A stretch of 248,000 nucleotides of DNA, from positions 20,001 to 268,000 of the forward strand of contig NZ_JMCB01000002.1 in the NCBI RefSeq assembly GCF_000737315.1. The letters are read 5' to 3'. Position numbers and translations under genes: made by a program. Numbering within the stretch: the stretch's first letter is position 1; every line of letters starts with the position of its first letter. This document shows positions 202,141 through 213,500 of this stretch, one piece after another. The stretch is from Hyalangium minutum (lineage in GTDB: Bacteria > Myxococcota > Myxococcia > Myxococcales > Myxococcaceae). Below the pieces are notes generated by a model. The model did no database searches, had not been told where the DNA came from, and saw only the letters and a program-made list of their open reading frames with translations.

Positions 202141-205100
202141 CTAGGGCGAAGTCTTCGCGGTGACGATGGGCGGAGGGCAGCCCTGGACGGCCTGGGAGAT
202201 GCCGGCGGGAGGGACCAGGCGCGGGTCCCGGAAGATCTGCAGCAGCCGCGAGGTGTTGCTCCCCGACGTGCCGAAGAAGGGGTTGGCGAGGCGCTCGGGA
202301 CGCAGGTCGATGGAGATCTGCGCGTTGTTCAGATCGGGGACTTCCCAGGTGGCGGTGAAGAAGCGGCCGTCCGTGCTGGGCTCGATCTTCTTGGCGCGCT
202401 CCAGGAGGCGGAAGAGGCCCCACTCACCCGGCGCGTCGAGGTCCGCGGTGTTGCCTGAGGTGCTCACGATGTGGATGTGGGCGCCGAGCTTGCCCGCGGG
202501 ACCCGGCCAGGTCATGGCCCTCCACCGGTCATCGGGGCCATTGCGGTAGAGTTCTTCGGAGCCATCCAGGGTCAGGGTGATCGATGCGATCTCCGAGGGA
202601 GCGGAATCCGCCGCGGTGCCCGGGCGCATGCGCACCATGAAGCGGACGAGCGGCTCCTGGGTGTCGCCGGGGAACAGCGTCATGGCGAGGTTGTTGATGC
202701 GCTCCAGGTAGGTGAGCAGCTCATCCTTGTACAGACCCATGCCAGGGGCGGTCTTCACCGCGAACACATGGCGCCTTCCATCCGGGAGCACCTCCTCGCT
202801 GAGCTGGGTCTGCAGGAACTTCCGGACCGTGCCCGTGGAGGGATGCAGGAACTGGGTGAACTCAGGCAGGGGCGCATCCAGCAGCGAGTCCTTGTTGAAG
202901 GGGTACCTGTTGGCCATCAGGGACACGAAGGGCCCGAAGATCTCGTCACACCACTTCCGGCTCTTCTTCTCGGCCACGTCTCGCCGGACGACCGTCCCCA
203001 CCTGCTTGAGCGGAGGCAGAAGGATCTGCTCGAAGACGGCGTGAGCGCCTTCCTGGCTCTGAATGAGCAGCGAGACGGTGTTGCGGGTGGAGGTGATCTT
203101 CTCGATCAACACCATGGCCTCGTTGGGCTTGTCGCGCACCTCCTTCAGGGTGGTGAGCACCAGGTTGAGCTGGTCCTGGTAGGAGTCGAGCTGCGTCAGC
203201 TTTTCCTCGCCGTCATCAGTCGCCGAGGTCTTGGTGATGAAGGCCAGGATGGGGCTGAAGTTCTTCTCCACGGCCGCAGGGGTCAGCTCGGTCTCGCCTA
203301 TCGAGGACTCGGGATCGACGAGCCGGGCAGGCCCCTCCTCCGTCGCGGAAGTGCCGGCGGGCTTGTTGAGGGCCTTGGAGATCAGCGCGGACAGCGTGTT
203401 GCCCGAGGCCACCTTGGGGCTCTCCAGATGAACGTTGTAGGCGAGCGTGCGGAAGAGCTTGCCAATGGGGGCTGGCTTGCCTCGTGTGAGGCTCTCGAGG
203501 AGCAGCTCCGTCTGGCTCCAGTCCTTGGGCTCCTCCACGCGGACGGAGTAGAGGAAGTCTGTCCACTCCTGGATGTACTGCTGGTAGTAGCGGGTGCGGA
203601 GCTCCGCGCGGTTGGCCTCCTCGTTCTCGCGGGAGTCCCGGTTGAGCACCCAGGCCTCGGAACCCTGGAAGGCCGAGTCCATTCGCGCACGGACCCACTC
203701 CTCCCAGGCCAGCCGCGTGAAGGCGCCGTTGACGCGCTTCGTCGCCCGCATGAAGGGGACGGCACCCACCGAGTCGCCCAGGGACACGCCCGGGTACTCA
203801 CGGTTGGCCTGGCTGACGATGCGCTCCAGCTCCAGCGTTGCGAGCGGGACTCGGTTGAGGGCCCGGCGGGCGGAGATCACCACCCGCTCGTCTCGCGAGA
203901 AGGCCAGCTGGAGAGGGTCCGCCGCCAGCATGGCGATGTACGTCTGCGCGTGGCGGGTGATGGCTTGCTCGAGGCTCACCTCTCCGTTGCGATCGCGGAT
204001 GTCCTCCCAGTGCCGGAGCATCTGCTTGACGATCCACGCCTGATGCGATTCATCGAGCGGTGGCTCGTTCGGAGGCCGGGGATAGGCAGGGTTGGGAGAG
204101 TCGGTGAGGTAGGTGATGAGCAGATACATCTTCAGATCATCGAAGTGCTTGCCGTAGGACTCGTTGCTGGGCTTCCAGTCCACCCGGTCCTGGTTCTGAG
204201 CGAACAGCTCCAGGTTCTGCCGGATGCGATCATGCTGACGGCCGAGGAGCAGCCACTTGAGCTGGCTGTTGTAGAAGGATTGGGCCAGCGCGAAGAGCTG
204301 GTCTCCCTTGTACAGGCCCAGGCGCAGCCACAGCGGTACGCCCTCTACCCGGTGCCGGTTCAGATCCGCAAGGTGTTGCTGCAGAGGGCTCAGCTCCTGG
204401 ATGCGGCTGATGTCGTCGTTGGTCTCCAGCTTCACCGCGACAATGGTGTCGCGGACCTTACGGAGCATCTGCCGGTTCTTGAAGAAGGAGATCGTAGGCA
204501 GGGTCAGCAGCGCCACGGTGAAGGCGAGGCAGGCTCCCGCCACGGCGTAGCGGCGCTTGCGCCGGCGGATCTCTTCCATGGAGCTGATGACCGCGAGCTT
204601 CTGGTCCTGGAACATGACCTTGGTGAACACGTCCCAGAGGAAGAAGCTGCGGCTCTCCGAGGTCTGCTCGGGGTTGACGCGAGGCGCGGCGAGCGTCGGC
204701 TCGCTGGAGGAGGCAGAAGCGCGCGGGTCGGTGACGCGGTGCTCCTGGGAGCCGCTGGTGAAGTAGACGCCGCGCATGATGGGAGTGTCTTGGAAGACGT
204801 TCTCCATGAAGAGCGGCTGGATGAACTCCGTGAGGTTCTTGCGGATCGCGTGCACGCTGTGCGGGAACTGGTAGATGCGCTCGCGTGCCTCCAGCCGCCG
204901 CTCCTGGCCGATCCGCCGGACGGAGCGCTGCTCCAGGATGGCGGTGAGCTCGTCGAAGCGCTTGAGCAGCAGCTCGGTGGGCGCCTCGGGCTGAGCCGTC
205001 AGCGGCACGGTGAAGCCCCAGATCTGCCCTCGCTCGGAGCGAGGCAGGTCGGCGAACATCTCCACGAACCCGGTGAGCAGATCACACTTGGTGATCATCA

Positions 205101-205842
205101 CGTAGATGGGGACCACGATGCGCAGCCGGGACGTCAGCTCGTCGATGCGCTCGCGCAGCCGCTGGCCCAGCTCGCCTGCGGCCTGGGGATCTGCGCCCAT
205201 CAGCTCGCTCACGCTCACCGTCACGACGAGCCCATTGAGGGGCCGATAGGGCCGGTGCTTGCCCAGGGTGTCCAGGAACGAGATCCACTCATCCCGGTCT
205301 TCTTCCGACTCGACATAGCGGCCCGCCGCGTCCAGGAACACCGCGTCATTGGTGAGCCACCAGTCGCAGTGACGTGTCGGGCTCACACTTCGCCCGTTCC
205401 CACCGCCCCGGTTGGAAAGGTAAGGGAACTTCAGCCCAGAGTTGCGCAGGGCGGTGCTCTTGCCCGACTCGGTGGAGCCGATGACGAGGTACCACGGCAA
205501 AACCGTGAGCGCGTCCCGCCCACCTCGAGCGAGCTTGGACGTCTTCAGCGACGAGATGGCACGGGAGAACTCGGCCTGCATGGCCTCGATCTCCGGGCGG
205601 GCCTCGGTGCGAGGAGCTGCCTTGGCTGGCTGCGGCGCTGAGGCCTCCGGAGGCTTCTGTTCAGCCTGCTCGGCTTTCTTCCTCGCGGCGCGGGCGCGCC
205701 AGCGGCGGACCATGGAGACGATCAGTGCAAAGAACAACGTCACAGCCGTAGCGGCCAGTCCCAGCCAGACAGGTTGATGGAAGTACCAGGTGCCTCCCCA
205801 GATGAGGCCCAACAGCAGTGTGATGAGGAAGAAGAACTTCAT
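202141..205842 (-). CDS. tssM: T6SS membrane subunit TssM
   Basis: LPWYLVIG..SGKST, RPLNG, TKCDL, YPF. Confidence 0.92.
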   Translation of the reverse strand: MKFFFLITLLLGLIWGGTWYFHQPVWLGLAATAVTLFFALIVSMVRRWRARAARKKAEQAEQKPPEASAPQPAKAAPRTEARPEIEAMQAEFSRAISSLKTSKLARGGRDALTVLPWYLVIGSTESGKSTALRNSGLKFPYLSNRGGGNGRSVSPTRHCDWWLTNDAVFLDAAGRYVESEEDRDEWISFLDTLGKHRPYRPLNGLVVTVSVSELMGADPQAAGELGQRLRERIDELTSRLRIVVPIYVMITKCDLLTGFVEMFADLPRSERGQIWGFTVPLTAQPEAPTELLLKRFDELTAILEQRSVRRIGQERRLEARERIYQFPHSVHAIRKNLTEFIQPLFMENVFQDTPIMRGVYFTSGSQEHRVTDPRASASSSEPTLAAPRVNPEQTSESRSFFLWDVFTKVMFQDQKLAVISSMEEIRRRKRRYAVAGACLAFTVALLTLPTISFFKNRQMLRKVRDTIVAVKLETNDDISRIQELSPLQQHLADLNRHRVEGVPLWLRLGLYKGDQLFALAQSFYNSQLKWLLLGRQHDRIRQNLELFAQNQDRVDWKPSNESYGKHFDDLKMYLLITYLTDSPNPAYPRPPNEPPLDESHQAWIVKQMLRHWEDIRDRNGEVSLEQAITRHAQTYIAMLAADPLQLAFSRDERVVISARRALNRVPLATLELERIVSQANREYPGVSLGDSVGAVPFMRATKRVNGAFTRLAWEEWVRARMDSAFQGSEAWVLNRDSRENEEANRAELRTRYYQQYIQEWTDFLYSVRVEEPKDWSQTELLLESLTRGKPAPIGKLFRTLAYNVHLESPKVASGNTLSALISKALNKPAGTSATEEGPARLVDPESSIGETELTPAAVEKNFSPILAFITKTSATDDGEEKLTQLDSYQDQLNLVLTTLKEVRDKPNEAMVLIEKITSTRNTVSLLIQSQEGAHAVFEQILLPPLKQVGTVVRRDVAEKKSRKWCDEIFGPFVSLMANRYPFNKDSLLDAPLPEFTQFLHPSTGTVRKFLQTQLSEEVLPDGRRHVFAVKTAPGMGLYKDELLTYLERINNLAMTLFPGDTQEPLVRFMVRMRPGTAADSAPSEIASITLTLDGSEELYRNGPDDRWRAMTWPGPAGKLGAHIHIVSTSGNTADLDAPGEWGLFRLLERAKKIEPSTDGRFFTATWEVPDLNNAQISIDLRPERLANPFFGTSGSNTSRLLQIFRDPRLVPPAGISQAVQGCPPPIVTAKTSP

Positions 205843-205844
205843 GA

Positions 205845-206537
205845 CTACTGCCCCCCCTTCGCGACGGTGGCCATGTGAAGCTCGATGTCGTGGAGCATGG
205901 TGGAGGCAGTACGATCGAGGGCGAGATAGAGGCCCCCATAGAAGAGGAGTGCCACGGCGACAGCCGCGAAGGCTGCGGAGGTGAGCGAGAGCCGGCGCTT
206001 GGCCAGGGCGAGGTTCTCGGACGGGCGGTCACCGTGAGGAGCAAGCAAGTCGAAGTCGAACGGCTGGGCTCGTTCCAGGTCCTTCTGGATGCTGTCAATG
206101 AGGCTCATCAGCTCCAGCTCGCCCCCTCGGATGCGGTAGCGACCCTGAAAGCCGAACAACAGACACAGGTAATAGACCCGGAGGACCTCGGCGCGGTGGG
206201 GATCCTTGCGGATGGCATTGACGCGGTTGAAGAAGCTGTCGCCGGCGACGGTCTCGTGGAAGTAGTGGAGTTGCAGCAGGTTGCTCATCCAGAACTGCCG
206301 GTACTGCTCGGGCTTGTTGAGGACGATGTCGTCCATCAGCGCCACGAGGGCGTAGCCCATGTCCTGTGCGTCCTGATGGCTGAACCCCAGCACCGCCGCG
206401 CGCCGGAGCACTTCGTCGATGACACCGCGGAGCCGGTGGTTCAGCACTTCCGGAGGGGGAATCTCAGCGGCCTCCGCGTGGCGGAGCCGGATGATGGTGT
206501 CGAAGCAGTCCTTCGTGGCCTCGTTGACTCGATCCAT
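205845..206537 (-). CDS. tssL: T6SS TssL/DotU
   Basis: VYYLCLLFGFQGRY. Confidence 0.92.
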   Translation of the reverse strand: MDRVNEATKDCFDTIIRLRHAEAAEIPPPEVLNHRLRGVIDEVLRRAAVLGFSHQDAQDMGYALVALMDDIVLNKPEQYRQFWMSNLLQLHYFHETVAGDSFFNRVNAIRKDPHRAEVLRVYYLCLLFGFQGRYRIRGGELELMSLIDSIQKDLERAQPFDFDLLAPHGDRPSENLALAKRRLSLTSAAFAAVAVALLFYGGLYLALDRTASTMLHDIELHMATVAKGGQ

Positions 206538-206570
206538 GACAGTTCCAGGGAGCTTTCAGGCAAAAGAGGC

Positions 206571-207935
206571 TCAGCGGCCCACGTTGGGCACGGCGAGCAG
206601 TTCGATGGAGGTTTGGCTGGAGTTGAAAGGGTGCGGCAGGTAGAGGGCCACGGCATGCTCGCGCAGCACGTTCCTCCAGCCAGCGTCCTGAGTGAGGGTG
206701 AAGTAGGAGGCCCCCGGGCGGATGGGCACTTCCGGTGGAGGCCGGTAGGTGACCTGCAGGGGGATGCCCTGGCTGGTGGCCTGCACCAGTCCCTGGATTT
206801 CCGACCAGCTTCCCAGCTTCGAGAGCTTGGGCAGTTGATCGACGATGGTCTGCTCCGGCAGCTCGCTCCGGACCATGATCAGGAACTGGCCGCAGCGGTC
206901 GATCCGCTCATCCTCCAGCTTGGCCCGGTAGAGCCCGTCCGCTCCCCGCTCCAGCGGTACGGTGATGCACTGCTCCAGTGCCACGGAGCGCATCAGCTCC
207001 GTCAGGCGGCGAAACAGCTCTTCGAAGGTGACGCGGAGGTTGGTGAACTGAAAGGGCGGCATGACCGAAGGGTCAGCCTCCGCCGAGAATGTGCAGAGCT
207101 GCCCTCCGAGCCGGCTCAGCATGAGGTAGAGATCATGCGGGCGCATGTTCCCGGCCTCGATCACGTGAGACAGGAACGGGATGACGCCATTAAGGGCGTG
207201 CAGTTCCAGGAAGAGCGTGACGTCCGAGGCCGTGAACTCGAGCGAGGACTCATCCCGGTGCCGCCGCCGCGTGGCGATCTGCCGCTGCTTGGAGACGATG
207301 AGCCGCAGCAACGAGCGCAGCTCGCTCATGATGTACGGAGAGGCGCCGATGCGCAGGCACGGAGGGATGTAGGTGTCGACGAGCACCAAGCTCCCTGACT
207401 TGTCGCGAGCGAGCTCGGCGATCTTCAGCGCATCGAAGTCATCCCGGGGCTCATCGCCGAACAGGAGCTTCATGTTCCGCTGCGCGAAGGAGATATGGAT
207501 GACGGAGGTAGACGCGTGCAGGTCACCCACGGGGCGGCTGCGAGGCGAGAAGCGAGGGCTTGCGCCCAGCTTGCCCGCGGCGCCGTAGCTCTCCACGTCG
207601 CTGCGCTCCTTGGGGATGCCGAGGTAGACCTCAAGCAGCTGCTGCGTCGGCCGGAAGTGCCCCTCCACGGGCCGGGCCGCGGGGGACTCCTCGTGACCAG
207701 CCTCGAAGCCAACGGAGAGCCCGTCCGGCAGGATGCCGAAGAACTCGAGGAGGCTGACCTGGCCTGCGCGCAGAGCTTCCATGTCGAACTGCATGGAGGC
207801 CACGCCCCAGGGATAGAGGCACACCGAGCTCAGGCGGGTCTCCACGAGGGACTCGTGGTAGAGGTCCAGCTGCTGCATGTGGTGGGGACTCATGAACATC
207901 CCCTCGGACCAGATGATGCGCTGCGGGGCCTTCAT
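206571..207935 (-). CDS. tssK: T6SS TssK
   Basis: WSEGMFMSPHHMQQ. Confidence 0.93.
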   Translation of the reverse strand: MKAPQRIIWSEGMFMSPHHMQQLDLYHESLVETRLSSVCLYPWGVASMQFDMEALRAGQVSLLEFFGILPDGLSVGFEAGHEESPAARPVEGHFRPTQQLLEVYLGIPKERSDVESYGAAGKLGASPRFSPRSRPVGDLHASTSVIHISFAQRNMKLLFGDEPRDDFDALKIAELARDKSGSLVLVDTYIPPCLRIGASPYIMSELRSLLRLIVSKQRQIATRRRHRDESSLEFTASDVTLFLELHALNGVIPFLSHVIEAGNMRPHDLYLMLSRLGGQLCTFSAEADPSVMPPFQFTNLRVTFEELFRRLTELMRSVALEQCITVPLERGADGLYRAKLEDERIDRCGQFLIMVRSELPEQTIVDQLPKLSKLGSWSEIQGLVQATSQGIPLQVTYRPPPEVPIRPGASYFTLTQDAGWRNVLREHAVALYLPHPFNSSQTSIELLAVPNVGR

Positions 207936-208519
207936 GGCGTTCTCCTCGAAGGCCGCAGGTAGTCGATCTGGTAGCCCTGAAGCTTGAAGCGGAGCTGGGT
208001 GTCCAGCGGGGTCGCGTCATCGCCGCGGTCACCTGCTGGCTGCTCCTCGCATTGGCTGGGAGGCACGGGCGGCAGCTTGGCGACGGCCAGCCACGCGTAG
208101 CCGAGCGGCTGGCGGAAGAGGCCCACCGCTGCCACGTACTGCGCCTTGGGATCCCGCTGTACCCAGTGCTTCACCACATCGCCGGCCGGGACAACGAACT
208201 CGGCTGTCTGCAGCAGATCCTCTCCCAGCAAGCTCTTGGGGTCGGACCAGAGCTTTTGAAAGCTTGCACGCTCCAACTTGACGCTGTCCTTGATCTGGAG
208301 GAACTGGACCACCGTTGGGAGCGCCCGGCCATAGGCGTCTGGGTTGACGCGCTCCGCCGCCTCGAGCTTGGCAAGGAAAGGAGGAGGTGTATCGCAGGCG
208401 GAGGCCTTGCTCAGAGCGCAGCCAGGGAGGGTTAGTAGCGCGCAGACGGCCGTCGTCCTCTTGAGGGAATACCTCTGGAGAGGAACTCGCCGTGCGTGAT
208501 CACAGCCATGGTTCGACAT
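207932..208519 (-). CDS. tssJ: T6SS lipoprotein TssJ
   Basis: LPGC, VNPD..GRALP, AVGLFRQP. Confidence 0.85.
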   Translation of the reverse strand: MSNHGCDHARRVPLQRYSLKRTTAVCALLTLPGCALSKASACDTPPPFLAKLEAAERVNPDAYGRALPTVVQFLQIKDSVKLERASFQKLWSDPKSLLGEDLLQTAEFVVPAGDVVKHWVQRDPKAQYVAAVGLFRQPLGYAWLAVAKLPPVPPSQCEEQPAGDRGDDATPLDTQLRFKLQGYQIDYLRPSRRTP

Positions 208520-208769
208520 GCCACCACTCGTCAGGTGAAATGGAGAGAGCCCAGCAGTGGGCGGTATGGGCCCTTGGGAAAAGTTCCCCGACCAACTCAA
208601 CGCGGGGAGGGATAGCCCAATCGCTCACACTTGTGAGTACCACCTAAGTGGTAACCCCATTCACAGGGGCATCAGGTACCACTGCCAAGAAGCAGGATTC
208701 GAGCATCCCCTATCCGATCACGTGGCTGGTAACACCTTATCCAGCCGTGATCTTGCTGCGAGGAGTTGC

Positions 208770-210563
208770 ATGCAACAGAGCAGGCTTGCCCGGACAGTGT
208801 ACGGGATCGCGATCATCCTGGCTTCATCGATGGCGTTCGCTCAGGAGCCGGAGCGGCTGGTCGGCTTTGAACTGGAGCGGCTGGATGTCAATCCTGCCGC
208901 CACAGGCTCGCTGGTGCAGGGGACAGGGGAGCTGATGCCGACCGGAGACTACCGTTTCTCCGCGATCAGCCATTACCAGCACAACCCGCTGATGTTCTCG
209001 CGTAGGGGGCAGGTGCTGCCCATCGTGGGGAGCCGTACCACTCTGCTCTTGGCGGCGGCATACGCACCGTTCTCATGGCTTGAGATGGGTGTGCAGCTCC
209101 CGCTGGTAGCGTTCCAGACGGGGGCTGATCTGAAGGAAGAGGGGATCGATCGGCTCTCCTCCTTCGGGCTCGGCACCCCTCTGGTGAGCGCAAGGATGAG
209201 GCTGTTCTCCCAACTGGATGGCGCCCTGGGCGATCTGGCGCTGGAGATGGGCGTGGGGGCACCGGTCGGCGGTTCTCACGGGCTGACTCGGGATGCGGGG
209301 CCGCGCTATGCGCCGCGGCTCATGATCGGCCGGCGGTTCGGCTGGTTCAGGGTGGCGCTGGACTCGAGGATGGTGGTGCGTCCGGAGATTAAACCCTACG
209401 CGGATCGGGAGTTTGTCCGTGGTCCCATGGGGAACGAGGCTCAGGTGGGGCTCGTGCTGGCGACGGTGGGCCAGCGTATGCGCTGGGAGTTGGACGTACG
209501 GGGCACGGTTCCGCTCGTGGAGCAGCCCAGCTCTGTGGAGCTCTTGCTGGGGCCTCGATACCTGGTCAATCCAGCGGTGGAGGTGTTTGCACTGGCCGGT
209601 GTAGGAGGGGGTTCGGCGCCCGGTATCCCTCTGTTCCGAGTGATGCTGGGAGCGGCGTTCGGCAAGGTCATCCCGCCCCGCTTGTCAGATGAATCGGCGG
209701 TGAACTGCTCTCCGGCACTGGACCACACCGTGGAGGAGTGCCCGGACCTGGATGAGGACGAGGACGGCGTTCCCAACGGGGTGGACCAGTGTGATGACGA
209801 GGCGGGGCCCGCGGATCGTTTGGGCTGCCCTCGGAAGGACAGCGACAACGATGGCATTGAGGACAAGCTCGACGCGTGCCCAGAAGTACTAGGAGTGGCG
209901 GCTTGGCAGGGCTGTCCGATGCCGGACCAGGACAAGGATGGGATTGAGGACGAGAGAGACGTGTGTCCATCCGAGCCCGGGCCCGAGAAATCGCGCGGGT
210001 GTCCGCTCAAAGACCGGGACCAAGATGGCGTCGAGGACGATGTGGACCAGTGCCCGGATCTGGCGGGGCCTGAGGAACGTCAGGGCTGCCCAGAGTCGGA
210101 TCTGGACAAGGACAACATCGCCAACGTGTTGGACACCTGCGCGAAGGAGGCAGGCCCTGAGAGCAACCAAGGGTGCCCCGCGCATGAAGTGCCGCGGGTG
210201 AAGCTGACGCGGAAACAGATCGAACTGACGGAGAAGATCCTCTTCATCCCAGGGCAGCCACGAATCCGGCCCGAGTCTTTCGAGGTTCTCCGTTGGGTCT
210301 CGAAGGTGATCCTCGAGCACCCAGACCTGCCGATGATCGTGGTCGGCGCGCACACGGACGACCGGGGGAACGCGCTCGACAACCTGCGGCTGACGCAGGG
210401 CCGGGCGGACGCTGTCAGAGAGTTCCTTATCGAGCGTGGGGTCGCACCCGAGCGGCTCCAAGCCAAGGGCTACGGACAGGAGCGGCCCGTTGCCAGTAAT
210501 GCCACGTCCATCGGACGTGAGAACAACCGACGCATCGAATTCACCATCGTTATCTCGCAGTAG
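208770..210563 (+). CDS. OM beta-barrel + TSP3 repeats + OmpA C-terminus (TraB-like architecture)
   Basis: DxDxDG..DxC repeats, AHTDDRG, NRRIEF. Confidence 0.88.
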   Translation: MQQSRLARTVYGIAIILASSMAFAQEPERLVGFELERLDVNPAATGSLVQGTGELMPTGDYRFSAISHYQHNPLMFSRRGQVLPIVGSRTTLLLAAAYAPFSWLEMGVQLPLVAFQTGADLKEEGIDRLSSFGLGTPLVSARMRLFSQLDGALGDLALEMGVGAPVGGSHGLTRDAGPRYAPRLMIGRRFGWFRVALDSRMVVRPEIKPYADREFVRGPMGNEAQVGLVLATVGQRMRWELDVRGTVPLVEQPSSVELLLGPRYLVNPAVEVFALAGVGGGSAPGIPLFRVMLGAAFGKVIPPRLSDESAVNCSPALDHTVEECPDLDEDEDGVPNGVDQCDDEAGPADRLGCPRKDSDNDGIEDKLDACPEVLGVAAWQGCPMPDQDKDGIEDERDVCPSEPGPEKSRGCPLKDRDQDGVEDDVDQCPDLAGPEERQGCPESDLDKDNIANVLDTCAKEAGPESNQGCPAHEVPRVKLTRKQIELTEKILFIPGQPRIRPESFEVLRWVSKVILEHPDLPMIVVGAHTDDRGNALDNLRLTQGRADAVREFLIERGVAPERLQAKGYGQERPVASNATSIGRENNRRIEFTIVISQ

Positions 210564-210594
210564 GTGGAGCTGACAGAGTTACAGGGGGAACCCC

Positions 210595-213500
210595 ATGAGA
210601 AGATCATGCAGCCTGATGTCGCTGGTGGCCCTGGTGTTCTGGGCCTCCACGTCCGCGGCCGAGCCCGACACATTGGGCCTGGGAACCGGACGTGATGGAG
210701 CGCTGATCGTCACGGAGCCGCGAACCGTCATCAATCGCTATGCACAGGTCACGGTACCTCTTGCGACGGGAGACACCGTGCTGTTCGTCTCATCGACAGA
210801 AGGGTTCGCGGCGGGCGACCTGATCATGGTGTTGCAGACGACGGGCATTGTCCCGGAGCCGGCTCAAGGCGCGCCTGGGCCCATCTCGTTGAGCACGGAT
210901 CCTGTGGGCAGGTGGGAACTGGCGCGGGTGAGCTTCGCCGAACGTCAGGAGCTGAAGTTGGGAGCCCCGCTCCTGTACTCCTACGCGGGACTTGTGACCC
211001 AGGTGATCCGCATCCCAGAGTACACGGATGTGAAGGTTGTAGCAGGGGCGAGCCTCGTCGCGGCGCCGTGGGATGGCAGCCAAGGAGGGGTTCTTGCCTT
211101 CCTGGCCAAGGGGCTCATTCAGAACGAGGGGACGCTTCAAGCCAGCGGCGTAGGATTCCGCGGAGGACTGGTGCTTGAGGAGTTCGCTGGCTTCGCCGGG
211201 TGCGCCGCCTTGCCTGCCTCCGTGCGCCCGGGAGCCGGCAGGGGAGAAGGGATCTCGTCCCTGGACTTCGGTGTGTGGGCCACTGGCCTGGAGAATGCGT
211301 CCAACGGCGGTGGTGGTGGTCTCTGCCCCCGAGCGGGAGGGGGGGGAGGGGGGAATGGTGCGGCAGGAGGTCGGGGAGGCGACTCCCTGGTCTATGGCGA
211401 CTCGGCACGGAATATCGGGGGCAAGGGTGGAGCGGGGCTGGTCTATTCCCTGACGGATCACCTGACGCTGGGAGGAGGCGGTGGCCAGGGGTATGGGGGA
211501 GGGAGGCATTCCCAGGGAGGCGCTGGAGGCGGAGCCATCTTCGTGCGCGGGTATCGCCTGGCTGGGAGCGGATCCATTCTGGCGGATGGTGCCGCTGGTG
211601 ATGATGCAACGCAGGGAGGCGCGGGCGGAGGTGGGGCTGGCGGGAGCGTCTACTTGAGGTTCGTGGACTCTGCGGAGTGTGGTTTCATCTCTGCGAGCGG
211701 CGGCAATGGAGGGAGCAGCTCCGCAGGGATTGCGGAGGATGGAGGCGCTGGAGGCGGAGGCGGAGGCGGACGGCTGCTATATCAAGCGGCGAGCACGGGG
211801 GCTTGTCCCATGTCCGTTGAAGCGGGGCTCGCAGGCGGAGTGGCCGGGACAATTTCTGGAATTGTCACGAATGCACAGCCTGCCGCGAGCCAGCTTGTCG
211901 CGCATCGAGGCATCATCACCCGGCTTGAGACGGAATTCGAGCAGTTCGCGAACTGTACTCTCAACGCGCCTGTGTTCACGACGCCGGTGAACAACGGGTA
212001 TGTTAATGCCCAACTCAAGGTGACAGGGTCTGTGTCAGGGTATGGAAGTAACGCCAAGGTCAGGATTTATGTCGGAAGCGACTTGGCAGGGGATGCCACC
212101 CCTAATAGCGGAACGTGGAGCTATACTTTTGCAGTGGGCGTGCTGGAGGACGCTCGTCAGTATACCATCAAAGCTATAGGGGTTTGTGGTAGCAATTCAG
212201 AGGAGAGTTCTAATGCGACGAGCATCAACGTCACGGTTGACACGGCGGTACCGCAGATTGGATGGGTAACGCGGCCGAGCGATCCTTCTCCTGAGCTCAG
212301 GCCTACCCTCTCTTTCAACACGGGAAACCAGGAAGTTTCCGTGAGGTACACGTGTACGCTGGATGGGAGCGCAGGGTTTGGCTGTGGTGTGGGAACCACT
212401 GGACAAGTGGTTTCATATACAGTCGCAGGCACTTTGCTCGATGGTAGCCGTCACACATTCACTGTTAGGGGAACGGATGAAGCGGATAATCCAACCAACG
212501 GCTCCCTCTCCTACTCTTGGACGGTGATATATCCATCAGATACGGTCATCGATCCTCCTCGCCCACCAGATCCTACCAATGTGACGGCTGCGGCCTTCTC
212601 ATTCCATGCGACAAAGGCGGGCGCTACCTTGGAGTGCAGACTCGATGAGAGCGCATGGGCGGCCTGCACCAGCCCCAAGTCGTACTCCGCTCTGGCGGAC
212701 GGCCGCCACACCTTTGAAGTCAAGGCGATGTTGGGGTCGATCGAAGACACCTCGCCCGCCTCCTATTCTTGGGTGGTGGATACGGAATCTCCGGATACCC
212801 GCATTGAGCAGAAGCCCAATGATCCCACGAACAGTACGAGGGCTACGTTCACGTTCAGTTCGCCGGAAGAGGGGTGCAGTTTCGAGTGCAGCCTGAACGG
212901 TGGAGTCTACACATCTTGTCCAAGTCCATGGACCTCTCCAGAACTGGCGGACAGCCGTCACACGCTTTCGGTCAGGGCCAGGGACGCGGCAGGCAATATC
213001 GATCCCTCGCCTGCCACGTATTCCTGGCTCGTTGACTCGACGCCTCCGAATACCGTGTTTGACCAGAAGCCTACCAATCCCAGCAACGTCACGCGGCCCA
213101 CGTTCGCGTTCAGTGCCTCGGAGACGGGAAGCAGCTTCGTGTGTAGCTTGGATTCGGCGGCGTTTACGCCGTGTACGAGTCCAGTGACGACACCTCTTCT
213201 CGCTGAGGGTAGCCACACCTTCGCGGTGAAGGCCACGGATGCGCTAGGTAATACGGCTGCCTCGGCCACGACCTATACCTGGGTGGTGGACATCACCCCC
213301 CCTGACACAATCCTGGGAGATAAACCCACCAATCCTTCCAACGAACCGAGGCCTAGGTTCACGTTTAGCGCCACCGAGACGGGGAGTACCTTCGAGTGCC
213401 GGATGGATCAGGGACTGTACGTAACCTGTTCCAGCCCATGGACCGCTCCATCCCTCACGGATGGAAGCCATACCTTTGAAGTGAGGGCCACGGATGCCGC

